The notes beneath the pieces are model-generated. The model was given only the letters and a program-made list of their open reading frames with translations. It was not told where the DNA came from and did no database searches. The translations under genes and the position numbers were made by a program. Below are positions 47,998-56,626 of a stretch of DNA of 64,000 nucleotides, piece after piece. Source of the DNA: an uncultured archaeon (GTDB taxonomy: Archaea > Aenigmatarchaeota > Aenigmatarchaeia > CG10238-14); assembly GCA_964372465.1 (NCBI GenBank), contig CAYJRA010000001.1:21845-85844 (forward strand). The letters run 5' to 3'. Numbering within the stretch: the first letter of the stretch is position 1; every line of letters begins with the position of its first letter.

Positions 47998-48804
47998 ATG
48001 ACTAATCTTTTACAAACAGTTAATTTTGATAGACCTGTTATCGACTACTCTAAAACTAGTGTGGAGTTTGTCAACCACAATGAGTCTATACATAAAGTTG
48101 TTGACAAAATCATAAAAACAGGATATAGAAGATTTCCAGTCTTGGAGATAAGAAGATTTCCGATCAGAAAGAACAGAGTTTTGGGAATAGTAACGGCAAT
48201 GGATATATTAGATGCTTTTCTTAGAGGAGTTGATTTCAATTCACCGGTATCGCTTATAATGTCTAGAGACGTAGTTACGTGTAACTTACATGAACCACTG
48301 GAAATCGTTGTTAAAAGATTTAAATTTGCCAGAAGAGGGGGGTTTCCAATAGTAGATGATAAAACAGAATTAAAGGGATTAATCACGGAACATGATATCG
48401 TGAATTTGATTAAAAACCATATATTTGACGTGAAAATAAAAGACATTATGACAAGAAAACCGTTTTATATAAACCCAACAAGTTTTTATAGTTGTTTAAA
48501 CTCTATGGTTAATACAAAATACAGAAAACTACCAATAGTAGAAAATAAAAAATTATATGGTTTGGTTACAGATAGATTATGTTTAGATATAATGAGAAAA
48601 ACAAAATTTCAAAAAAATGAAATGTATTTTTCTGTCAAAGAGGTAATGATTAAAAAAATATTTACTATAGATCCTGAGAGCGATATAAAACAAGCTATTG
48701 AGCTAATGAGAAACAATAGAATAGGTGGTCTTATTGTTGTTGAGGACAACGCGCTCAAGGGGATCATAACTGAGAGAGATATATTGGATAAAATATTATG
48801 TTAA
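47998..48804 (+). CDS. CBS-domain protein (four CBS repeats)
   Basis: Repeated ..GIVTAMDIL, ..GLITEHDIV, ..GLVTDRL, ..GIITERDIL modules. Confidence 0.75.
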   Translation: MTNLLQTVNFDRPVIDYSKTSVEFVNHNESIHKVVDKIIKTGYRRFPVLEIRRFPIRKNRVLGIVTAMDILDAFLRGVDFNSPVSLIMSRDVVTCNLHEPLEIVVKRFKFARRGGFPIVDDKTELKGLITEHDIVNLIKNHIFDVKIKDIMTRKPFYINPTSFYSCLNSMVNTKYRKLPIVENKKLYGLVTDRLCLDIMRKTKFQKNEMYFSVKEVMIKKIFTIDPESDIKQAIELMRNNRIGGLIVVEDNALKGIITERDILDKILC

Positions 48805-49235
48805 GATTCACGAGCGAAGTTGAAAAACTTTTACATAAAATAAATGAATATTCAATAATAGTTGAAGGCAAAAAGGACAGAACAGCTTTGAATAGTTTAG
48901 GATTAAATAATATAATTGATATATCTAGTAAAGATTTAGAGACATTTGTTGATAGTTTATCTATAAATAACGAATATATAATATTAACAGACTTTGATAA
49001 CGAGGGAGAAGACAAAAAACAAAAGATTTATAAATTTTTTGATAGAACTAAAATAAGGTTCAATCATAACTTAAGACTAAAATTTCAGAACGTCTTCAAG
49101 GTGGTTAAAATAGAAGAAATTAATAAAAAATTAGTTTTAATGGAGGATGATTTTAATGGCAAAATTAGCCCAATCAACGATAAAATATTTGATAGAAGCA
49201 GATTTCTCTGCAAACGGAGTAGTAGAAAAACCTGA
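48798..49235 (+). CDS. Small Toprim-domain protein (COG1658-type, RNase M5/primase-like)
   Basis: IIVEGKKDRTALNSLG and IILTDFDNEGE (Toprim E and DxD). Its 3' end overlaps dnaG by ~80 nt. Confidence 0.6.
   Translation: MLRFTSEVEKLLHKINEYSIIVEGKKDRTALNSLGLNNIIDISSKDLETFVDSLSINNEYIILTDFDNEGEDKKQKIYKFFDRTKIRFNHNLRLKFQNVFKVVKIEEINKKLVLMEDDFNGKISPINDKIFDRSRFLCKRSSRKT
49142..49146 (+). promoter_or_regulatory. Shine-Dalgarno GGAGG for dnaG
   Basis: GGAGG lies 9 nt upstream of the ATG at 49156. It abuts the ATG at 49147, which favours 49156 as the start. Confidence 0.45.
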
Positions 49236-50313
49236 TGTAATAGGAGCTATTTTCGGTCAGACAGAAGGATTACTTGGCCAAGATTTAGATCTTAGAGAGT
49301 TACAAAGAACAGGAAGGATAGGTAGAATAGAAGTAAATTTAACTGAAGAGAAAGGAGTTACTTCAGGTTTAATATTAATACCATCTAGTTTGGATTCATC
49401 TGAGACCGCACTTATAGCTGCAGCTATAGAAACTATAGAGAGAATTGGTCCATGTGAATCTTCTATTAAACTGAAATCAATCAAAGATATACGAATGGTT
49501 AAAAGAGATTATATGGTAGATAGGGCAAAAGAGATTCTACAAAAGTTATTAGAAGAAATACCTGAAACAGGTCATTTAACAGAGACAGTTAAGGAATCCG
49601 TCAGAGTATCTGAGATAGTGAAATACAATGGTCTCGAATGCGGGCCAGATGCCCAAAATTCAAATAGTATAATTGTTGTTGAAGGGAGGGCGGATGTTAT
49701 TAATTTATTAAAAAACGGTATTAAAAATACAGTAGCCGTTGGTGGCACAACAATATCAAAAGAACTGGTTGGATTCTGTCATAATAAAACGATCACAGTG
49801 TTTTTAGATGGTGACAGAGGTGGAGATCTTATATTAAAAGAGCTTAGACAGATAATTCCAATAAAATATGTTGTTCGTGCACCAGAGGGAAAGGAAGTAG
49901 AAGAATTGTCAAAAAAAGAAATTTTTAAAACTTTGAGAACAATCGTTCCAATCGATCAAGTTACAAAATATAAAAAACGTGAAGAATTAGATGAAAAGAA
50001 GAGTGAAGATCTGGATAAAAAAACCAAAGAAAAAATATTAAGTATATTAGATAAAATGGTAGGAACGAAAGCCGTTTATATATTCGATGAAAAAATGAAA
50101 ATAGTGGGTAAAATACCATTAAACAGATTTAATGAAAAAAACAAAGATATTGAAAATGCAAAAATAGTTTTGGTTGACTCTTCTATTGATAAAAACATGG
50201 TAAAAATTGCGGATTATTGCAATGTTGATTATTTGATAGGAGACAACCTCGAGGACAATGATATAAAGCCAAAGAAGGTTAAAGTTTATACGAAAACAGA
50301 TTTAAGTATCTAA
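49156..50313 (+). CDS. dnaG: Archaeal DnaG (Toprim primase-like, exosome-associated)
   Basis: TIKYLIEADFSANGVVEKPDVIGAIFGQTEGLLGQDLDLRELQRTGRIGRIEV is the hallmark archaeal DnaG N-terminus. Toprim motifs IIVVEGRADV and FLDGDRGGD. Confidence 0.9.
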   Translation: MAKLAQSTIKYLIEADFSANGVVEKPDVIGAIFGQTEGLLGQDLDLRELQRTGRIGRIEVNLTEEKGVTSGLILIPSSLDSSETALIAAAIETIERIGPCESSIKLKSIKDIRMVKRDYMVDRAKEILQKLLEEIPETGHLTETVKESVRVSEIVKYNGLECGPDAQNSNSIIVVEGRADVINLLKNGIKNTVAVGGTTISKELVGFCHNKTITVFLDGDRGGDLILKELRQIIPIKYVVRAPEGKEVEELSKKEIFKTLRTIVPIDQVTKYKKREELDEKKSEDLDKKTKEKILSILDKMVGTKAVYIFDEKMKIVGKIPLNRFNEKNKDIENAKIVLVDSSIDKNMVKIADYCNVDYLIGDNLEDNDIKPKKVKVYTKTDLSI

Positions 50314-50652
50314 CTGTGAAGCTATTATCTGCAATTTACCTTTATAAAAATTTGGTTTTCCAACTACATTTACTGTAGCATTACTTTCTAGACCAGTAGT
50401 TTTTTTGTTTGTGTTGTTAAATATAACTACATCTATAATTCCAGTTTCGTCCTGAATTTTGAGAAAATAATTGTCTTGTTTCGATATTATTTTACCTCTT
50501 ATTTCACCTTTAATTTTTACCATATTTTCTTTGCCTGTGATATCAGCTATTTTTTTTATTTCCGGCTCGTATATTTTGTTTGATATAAAAATAATAACTA
50601 TACCAATGATGGCTGTAACTAGACTAATTTTTATTAAAAATTCTTCTTTCAT
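50302..50652 (-). CDS. Membrane-anchored OB-fold protein
   Basis: N-terminal TM helix ISLVTAIIGIVIIFI, then an OB-like KIKGEIRGKIISKQDNYFLKIQDETGIIDVVIF...GKLQIIA. Confidence 0.4.
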   Translation of the reverse strand: MKEEFLIKISLVTAIIGIVIIFISNKIYEPEIKKIADITGKENMVKIKGEIRGKIISKQDNYFLKIQDETGIIDVVIFNNTNKKTTGLESNATVNVVGKPNFYKGKLQIIASQLDT

Positions 50653-51191
50653 TATAATCTTTTTGTAAATATATTTTTGTATATGGGTCCAGATGAAGTG
50701 AGTGTACTTTGCATTAAATTTATTGAGTTCACTTCAAACATGTCGAATTTCACATCCGCATTGTTATTTAAAAAATTCAAAACCTTATTTTTATCTAATA
50801 CATTTGAAACACGACATAGTGTCAGTTTAGATTCCAGATGGTATTTACCACCAACAGAGTTTGCTACACTTTTGATTAAAGTTTTTAACTCATTTTCCGT
50901 ATCTTTTACATGAATACCTATAACTTTTATGTTACCTCCAGTTCTTATTACTTTTAACCCACCTAAAGATATATTAAACGGTTTTAAACTGCTTAGTTCT
51001 GTAAGTTTTTTTATTGTAGTTTTTAGTTCATTTGGATCTTTTTCACCCAAAAAAGTTATAGTAATGTGAAGATTTCTTTTTTCTACAAACTTTGCTTTTA
51101 TTGGAATTCTCTTCAACCTTTCCTGAAAATTTATCAGATCCGCTTTTATATCATCTGGTATTATGACGCATGTAAATAGTCTCATAAACAA
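50652..51191 (-). CDS. 2H-phosphoesterase family (RNA 2',3'-cyclic phosphodiesterase / LigT-like)
   Basis: MRLFTCVIIP..., first motif LHITITFLG (HxTx). The position of the second HxT motif reads SKLTLCRV, so the His is not evident. Confidence 0.6.
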   Translation of the reverse strand: MFMRLFTCVIIPDDIKADLINFQERLKRIPIKAKFVEKRNLHITITFLGEKDPNELKTTIKKLTELSSLKPFNISLGGLKVIRTGGNIKVIGIHVKDTENELKTLIKSVANSVGGKYHLESKLTLCRVSNVLDKNKVLNFLNNNADVKFDMFEVNSINLMQSTLTSSGPIYKNIFTKRL

Positions 51192-51274
51192 AACCCATAT
51201 TATAACTTATATATTCACGATATCTTTAAATTTTCCTTTTTATATCTAGTTTGAATGAATAGTCAGTGAATTTC

Positions 51275-52339
51275 ATGTTGATGAACTACGAATATTACAA
51301 TAAGCTTGGTTGGAATAAAAACCCATTTACTATGTCCGTACTGCCTGATTTAATGGTTGGTTATGTTTCACAAATAGACTTATTGCTTTCACACATAATG
51401 AATCAGCATAAAGTGGCATTAATTATTGGGCCAACCGGTTCTGGAAAAACCACCCTTTTAAATTGGCTGCTAAAAACAATGCAAAACAAAAATATTTTTT
51501 TGCATTATATTCCAAAATCGCCATCAAAAAAAGAAGATTTAATAGACCTATTCAAATTTATTTTCAACTATTCCCTCATTGATAATTTTATATATCATAA
51601 TTTGAACATTTTAAATATACAGAAATTTTTATCTAACAGAACATCTAAAAAAAATGTTGTTCTATTGATAGATGAGTCCCACGAATCCTCAACAGAGGTT
51701 TTAGAATGGTTTAGAACATTATGTGATATAACACCAAACCTTACTTTAGTATTTGCAGGTTTGCCATCACTGGAAAGAAAACTAGAAGACGAGTTACCAA
51801 CCCTTCTCACAAGAGTAAGCACGCGTGTGTATATGGAGCCATTAAACGTTCCAGAAACAGAATCCCTAATTAGAAAAAGAATAGAAAGCGTTGGTGGCAA
51901 AGATTTAGGCCCATTCACATCAGATTCAATCAATAAAATCCATAGCATAACTGGTGGTTTCCCACGTGAAATAATTAGGATTTGTGACGAAATGATACAG
52001 GAAAGCGTGAAAAGAAATATTAGTAGTATAACAGTTCAGTTTATCGAGGAAAAATACAACAAGCAAGACATACCAACTCAAATCGAACAAAAAATACTGT
52101 TGACACCAAGACAGAGACAAATAATTGAACTCTTGAACAAACAGCCAAACTTATCACCAACAAAAATAGTAAACACAATTGGTATAGACGGTTATAAGAC
52201 TAAAAATCATGCAATACGTTCAATCAATAACATATTAAAACGCCTAATGGATGACGATATAGTAAACCGAAAAGAACTTGGAAACAGCTATCTTTATTTC
52301 CTTTCTGGGAAAGGCAAAGCTCTGTTAACAGAGGCTTAA
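51275..52339 (+). CDS. AAA ATPase (ExeA/ORC-like) with C-terminal winged helix
   Basis: Start taken at the ATG at 51275. NPFT...LIIGPTGSGKTTLL (Walker A), VLLIDESHE (Walker B), VFAGLPSLERKL, and C-terminal RQRQIIELLNKQPNLSPTKIV...GNSYLYFLSGKG (wHTH-like). Confidence 0.55.
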   Translation: MLMNYEYYNKLGWNKNPFTMSVLPDLMVGYVSQIDLLLSHIMNQHKVALIIGPTGSGKTTLLNWLLKTMQNKNIFLHYIPKSPSKKEDLIDLFKFIFNYSLIDNFIYHNLNILNIQKFLSNRTSKKNVVLLIDESHESSTEVLEWFRTLCDITPNLTLVFAGLPSLERKLEDELPTLLTRVSTRVYMEPLNVPETESLIRKRIESVGGKDLGPFTSDSINKIHSITGGFPREIIRICDEMIQESVKRNISSITVQFIEEKYNKQDIPTQIEQKILLTPRQRQIIELLNKQPNLSPTKIVNTIGIDGYKTKNHAIRSINNILKRLMDDDIVNRKELGNSYLYFLSGKGKALLTEA

Positions 52340-52411
52340 TTCTTTAAGTTTATATGGATAAAATTATAAAAGATATATTAATTAGACTATATAGTAATTG
52401 TAGGTGATTTA

Positions 52412-52675
52412 ATGGGTGAAACAAGAATAAAAGCACGTACAGTAGTTGGAAAGACTATTATCAGCGAAGAAACAGGCAGAAAATTTGGCGTTGTAAGTAA
52501 TGTTGATTTTGTAATTGAAAGTGGCGAGTTGTTGAATTTGGTTGTTGCAGAATCAACAAGACATTTAAAAGACATGAATCTAAAATCTGATGATAAAGGT
52601 AGAACTTTGATACCATTCAGTGCTGTGAAATCAATTGGGGATTACGTTATTGTAAGCGAAAATGAACTAATATAA
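52412..52675 (+). CDS. PRC-barrel domain protein
   Basis: VVGKTIISEETGRKFGVVSNVDFVIESGELLNLVV...IPFSAVKSIGDYVIV. SD-like AGGTGAT upstream. Confidence 0.55.
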   Translation: MGETRIKARTVVGKTIISEETGRKFGVVSNVDFVIESGELLNLVVAESTRHLKDMNLKSDDKGRTLIPFSAVKSIGDYVIVSENELI

Positions 52676-52711
52676 CTCCCTTATTAATATAATTAGAAAA
52701 TAGAAATATTT

Positions 52712-53020
52712 TTACTTTATTTTGTCAATAACGTATAAATATCTTAATAATTTTTCTAAATCAATATTTCTATCCTTTATTTTTACTAATTTAACCTTTA
52801 AACCATATTCATTGAAATTCTGGGTTATAACAGACTGATATATATATTTATCTATTATATTAGATATAGTTTGTGGATGTATTTCAGTTTTTCTTGCTAT
52901 TTCCCTTATATGAAGCCAATCTTCAGCTTCTTTGAGGATAAATAACACCTTCCCGATCTTTTCTAACATGTTTTTTTGTATTTTTTTCATGATATCAATA
53001 TATAATTTGACATCTGTCAA
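52712..53020 (-). CDS. Small wHTH-type DNA-binding protein (putative)
   Basis: WLHIREIARKTEIHPQTISNIIDKYI is helix-turn-helix-like. 102 aa. Confidence 0.4.
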   Translation of the reverse strand: MTDVKLYIDIMKKIQKNMLEKIGKVLFILKEAEDWLHIREIARKTEIHPQTISNIIDKYIYQSVITQNFNEYGLKVKLVKIKDRNIDLEKLLRYLYVIDKIK

Positions 53021-53130
53021 ATTTATTTCTTATCTCTCACTTTTAAATATATTATTTAATATTAATTTTTTTCTCATAGAATTTCACATTGATGTTTATA
53101 AAAGTAAAAAACATAATAGTATCTGATATC

Positions 53131-53670
53131 ATGAAATGTGAATATTGCAAATCTAATATTGAAAAAATTTGGAATTTCTGTCCTTCTTGCAGCCATAGTA
53201 TAGATAAATTCAACACCCTTTCTGATTTTTTAAATAGACACGTAGATCAACTAAAGAAAATGTTTAATAAGTATGAAGAACCCTCTGCAGAAAAACCACA
53301 TGGAATAACAATTAGTATCTCTTCTGGTTTGGATTCACCAAAAATATCCTTTTTTCCGGAACAGAATAAAGAAATAGAACATTATAAAATAAATAATAGA
53401 GAGAAAAACACAGGCAAGAAATTATTAAAAAAGGCGGTAGAACCACATTCAATAATCAACAAAAAGAACAATTTAATTAGCTTTCAAATAAATTTACCCG
53501 GAATAAAATCTGAGAGTGACATAGAATTAGAAATGCTACCGAATTCTGTTGAATTAAGGGCCAACGGAGATCACTATAGTTACTTTAAAATACTTAATAT
53601 TAATAAGAATTATTATTTATCTGAAAGAAAATTTAAAGATGAAAAACTATTTCTTGTTTTTACTAGTTGA
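53131..53670 (+). CDS. Zinc-ribbon protein with Hsp20/alpha-crystallin-like C-terminal domain
   Basis: Start taken at MKCEYC. CEYC-x12-CPSC ribbon. The C-terminal LISFQINLPGIKSESDIELEMLPNSVELRANGDHY...KFKDEKLFLVF resembles an ACD beta-sandwich. Confidence 0.45.
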   Translation: MKCEYCKSNIEKIWNFCPSCSHSIDKFNTLSDFLNRHVDQLKKMFNKYEEPSAEKPHGITISISSGLDSPKISFFPEQNKEIEHYKINNREKNTGKKLLKKAVEPHSIINKKNNLISFQINLPGIKSESDIELEMLPNSVELRANGDHYSYFKILNINKNYYLSERKFKDEKLFLVFTS

Positions 53671-53844
53671 TTTATTTCTAGGTTTATTGTGCCACCCTTT
53701 AATAACAAAAATAAACCCAAGAATTATTAAGATAAAAGGCATGGGGTTGAATGTAATTAATGATGTTTCTTTTGCATACCACAAGAATCCTATTACAAAA
53801 ATTAAGATACCCTTTCCTATTGTTTTAACATATTCCTGAACCAT
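53647..53844 (-). CDS. Small two-TM membrane protein (hypothetical)
   Basis: 65 aa with two hydrophobic helices and a basic tail. It competes with an overlapping + strand ORF. Weak support. Confidence 0.3.
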   Translation of the reverse strand: MVQEYVKTIGKGILIFVIGFLWYAKETSLITFNPMPFILIILGFIFVIKGWHNKPRNKSTSKNKK

Positions 53845-53933
53845 GTATATTATTTAGTTTTCCTATTAAAAATATTAACTCATACTTGTTTTAATAGTTT
53901 AAAAAAAACTTAATCATATTTGAACGTGGTTTT

Positions 53934-56084
53934 GTGGATAATGATTTAATTATAAAAAAAACAATGGAATCTTTTAATATAAGAAACCTTAACCCAGTCC
54001 AAGAAATGGCGATAAAGAGCGGTTTACTAGATAAAAAAAGTTTAATAATATCTTCCCCCACAGCTAGTGGAAAAACGTTATGTGCTGCATTGATTGGAAT
54101 GAAACTTTTCTATGAAAATAAAAAAATGCTTTACCTCTGTCCTCTTGTTGCTTTAGCTCAAGAAAAATATCAAGAATTCAAAGAAAAATTTTCTAAATTT
54201 GGATTAAAAATATCAATTTCCATAGGTAATTTAGATTCTAACGATCCATTTTTAAAAAATTATGATTGGATCATTGCCAGCAACGAAAAAATAGATAGTT
54301 TAATAAGACACGGTGCAGAATGGATAAAGGATGTTGGCGCCATAGTAGTTGATGAGATTCATTTATTGACAGATCCTTCACGCGGGCCTACACTTGAAAT
54401 TCTTTTAACCAGGCTTAAAGAAACGATTCCCAATGCTACTATTTTAGGCTTAAGCGCGACAATAAAGAACGTCAAAGAATTAGCTGAATGGTTTAAAGCT
54501 TCACCCGTTGTTACTGATTGGAGACCAGTAAAATTATATGAAGGTATATGCTATAATTCCAATATTAATTTTTTGAATTGGAAAAGTTATGAACTTGATC
54601 ACAATTTTTCGCTTGAAGAATCTATAATTAAAAACACTCTTGATTTAAAGAAGCAATGCATTTTTTTCACTGCCACTAAAAAGAATGCTGAATCACTAGC
54701 AGAAAAATTAACAAAGACATGTTCTATTTTTTTAACAGACGAAGAAAAGCAAAATTTAGAAAAAATTTCCGATCAGATTTTAAATTTTTTAGATACACCA
54801 ACAAAACAATGTCAACGTTTAACGAAATGCTTAAGATACGGCGTTGCATTCCATCATGCGGGTTTGCTGGGAAAACAAAAAACAATTATAGAGAATGAAT
54901 TTCGAAAAGGTAACATTAAAGTTATTGCTGCCACACCAACATTGGCAATGGGTATAAATTTACCGTCATTTAGGATTATAATAAGGGATACCAAAAGATA
55001 TTATTCCGGTTATGGTTCAATGTATATTCCTGTTATGGATTATAAACAAATGTGTGGCCGAGCTGGCAGACCGCAATATAATGAACACGGTGAAGCTATA
55101 CTGATAGCTAAATCCAGTTTTGAATCCCAAGAATTTTTGGATAGGTATATATTAGCCGAGTCCGAAGAAATACAATCAAAACTAGCATTAGAACCAGTTT
55201 TAAGAACACAAACTTTAGCTCTTATTGCTTCAGATTTTGTTAATACACGAAAATCACTTTTTGAGTTTTTTCAGAAAACTTTTTATTCACACCAATTTGG
55301 TGATATATCACTGTTGGAAAAAAATTTAATTAGAATAATTGAAACATTGAAAGATTTTGGTTTTTTAGTTGAAAATGAAGATAAACTATCTGCAACCAAA
55401 ATAGGTAAAAGAATATCTGAACTATACATAGATCCATTAACAGGACATCACTTCATTAAGTGTTTAGTAAGATCCAATAATATGAAATCAATACCATTTA
55501 GTTATTTGCATATGATAGCCAATACCCTTGAAATAAAACCATTATTTTCTGTCAATAGCAGGGACTTTGAAGAATTAGAAAAATCAGTTTTACAAAAACA
55601 AAGTTTTTTGACAGAAACGCCAGAGGAATGGGATGATGAATATGAAGACTTTATTAAAACAGTAAAATTTGCTATAATTCTTAATAATTGGATAAATGAA
55701 ATGCATGAGGATGTTATGTTAGAAAAATATAATATCACACCAGGTGAGCTAAGAACAAAACTCATGAATGTAGATTGGCTTTTATACTCAGTTCATGAAT
55801 TAGCATTACTTTTAGGATATAAAGATACACTAAAAGATTTGAAAAAACTAAGAGTTAGAATAAAGTATGGTGTCAAAGAGGAACTGTTGCCTTTAGTTAG
55901 ATTAGAAGACATTGGTAGAATAAGGGCAAGAAAGCTTTGGTCTAACAACCTAAAAAGTTTAGAAGACTTAAGAAAAATCTCCTTAGATGTTTTGCAAAAA
56001 ATTATCGGGAAAAATATTGCTTTAGAGATAAAAAAGCAACTAGGTGAAAAGAAGGACGTTAACGAAACACTCGTTAATTTTTAA
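53934..56084 (+). CDS. hel308: Hel308/Hjm (Ski2-like) DNA helicase
   Basis: Motif I SPTASGKT, II VVDEIH, III SAT, VI QMCGRAGRP, plus winged-helix, ratchet and HhH C-terminal domains. GTG start in the track; an alternative ATG lies at 53964. Confidence 0.9.
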   Translation: MDNDLIIKKTMESFNIRNLNPVQEMAIKSGLLDKKSLIISSPTASGKTLCAALIGMKLFYENKKMLYLCPLVALAQEKYQEFKEKFSKFGLKISISIGNLDSNDPFLKNYDWIIASNEKIDSLIRHGAEWIKDVGAIVVDEIHLLTDPSRGPTLEILLTRLKETIPNATILGLSATIKNVKELAEWFKASPVVTDWRPVKLYEGICYNSNINFLNWKSYELDHNFSLEESIIKNTLDLKKQCIFFTATKKNAESLAEKLTKTCSIFLTDEEKQNLEKISDQILNFLDTPTKQCQRLTKCLRYGVAFHHAGLLGKQKTIIENEFRKGNIKVIAATPTLAMGINLPSFRIIIRDTKRYYSGYGSMYIPVMDYKQMCGRAGRPQYNEHGEAILIAKSSFESQEFLDRYILAESEEIQSKLALEPVLRTQTLALIASDFVNTRKSLFEFFQKTFYSHQFGDISLLEKNLIRIIETLKDFGFLVENEDKLSATKIGKRISELYIDPLTGHHFIKCLVRSNNMKSIPFSYLHMIANTLEIKPLFSVNSRDFEELEKSVLQKQSFLTETPEEWDDEYEDFIKTVKFAIILNNWINEMHEDVMLEKYNITPGELRTKLMNVDWLLYSVHELALLLGYKDTLKDLKKLRVRIKYGVKEELLPLVRLEDIGRIRARKLWSNNLKSLEDLRKISLDVLQKIIGKNIALEIKKQLGEKKDVNETLVNF

Positions 56085-56098
56085 AAATTTGATTGCTT

Positions 56099-56189
56099 GG
56101 GGAAGTAGTACAGTTTGGTCTAATATACCGGCTTCGGGTTTTAAATAGAGAAAAAGTCGGTGGCCTGGGTTCAAATCCCAGCTTTCCCA
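56099..56189 (+). tRNA. tRNA-Pro (anticodon CGG) with 16-nt intron at 37/38
   Basis: Acceptor GGGGAAG/CTTTCCC and T arm CTGGG-TTCAAAT-CCCAG. Anticodon stem CCGGC (56128-56132)/GTCGG (56156-56160). Loop TT-CGG-G + A, interrupted by TTTTAAATAGAGAAAA (56139-56154). Exact intron boundaries are +/- 1-2 nt. Confidence 0.8.
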
Positions 56190-56614
56190 TTTTGTATTAT
56201 TTCTATAATAATTGTAATTTTTGTGTCGTCTTTTTTTAAGTTTTCTACAAATTCTCTATTTATATCGATAGATGCTTTGTTTGCGAAAATAGATAATGTT
56301 CTATCGTCAATAGAATTTGATTTTCTTATAACAATACTATTTCTATTTTTCAAAATTAAATCTTTTGACCCGCAAGCTATAATTTCCTCTCTTAAACCAT
56401 TTGTCTCTAGAATTATTCTAATCCTCTTCCCCCTTATCAGTTCCTCCTTTATTTTTGGGTTAATATCATGACAACTTTTATCTGCCTTCACGCCTATTAT
56501 ACAGTTTCCATTTTTTGTCAAGAAGTTCTCCTTGGTTATTTCAATGGTTGTTTTATGTTTCCCAGATATATTTTTATGTCCGTATGCAGTTATTGTGTCA
56601 GAAATTTTTTTCAT
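56171..56614 (-). CDS. DUF371-family protein
   Basis: ITAYGHKNISGKHKTTIEITKENFLTKNGNCIIGVKAD matches the DUF371 pattern from memory. The last 19 nt overlap the tRNA-Pro 3' end on the opposite strand. Confidence 0.55.
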   Translation of the reverse strand: MKKISDTITAYGHKNISGKHKTTIEITKENFLTKNGNCIIGVKADKSCHDINPKIKEELIRGKRIRIILETNGLREEIIACGSKDLILKNRNSIVIRKSNSIDDRTLSIFANKASIDINREFVENLKKDDTKITIIIEIIQNGKAGI

Positions 56615-56626
56615 ATAAATCGTATA

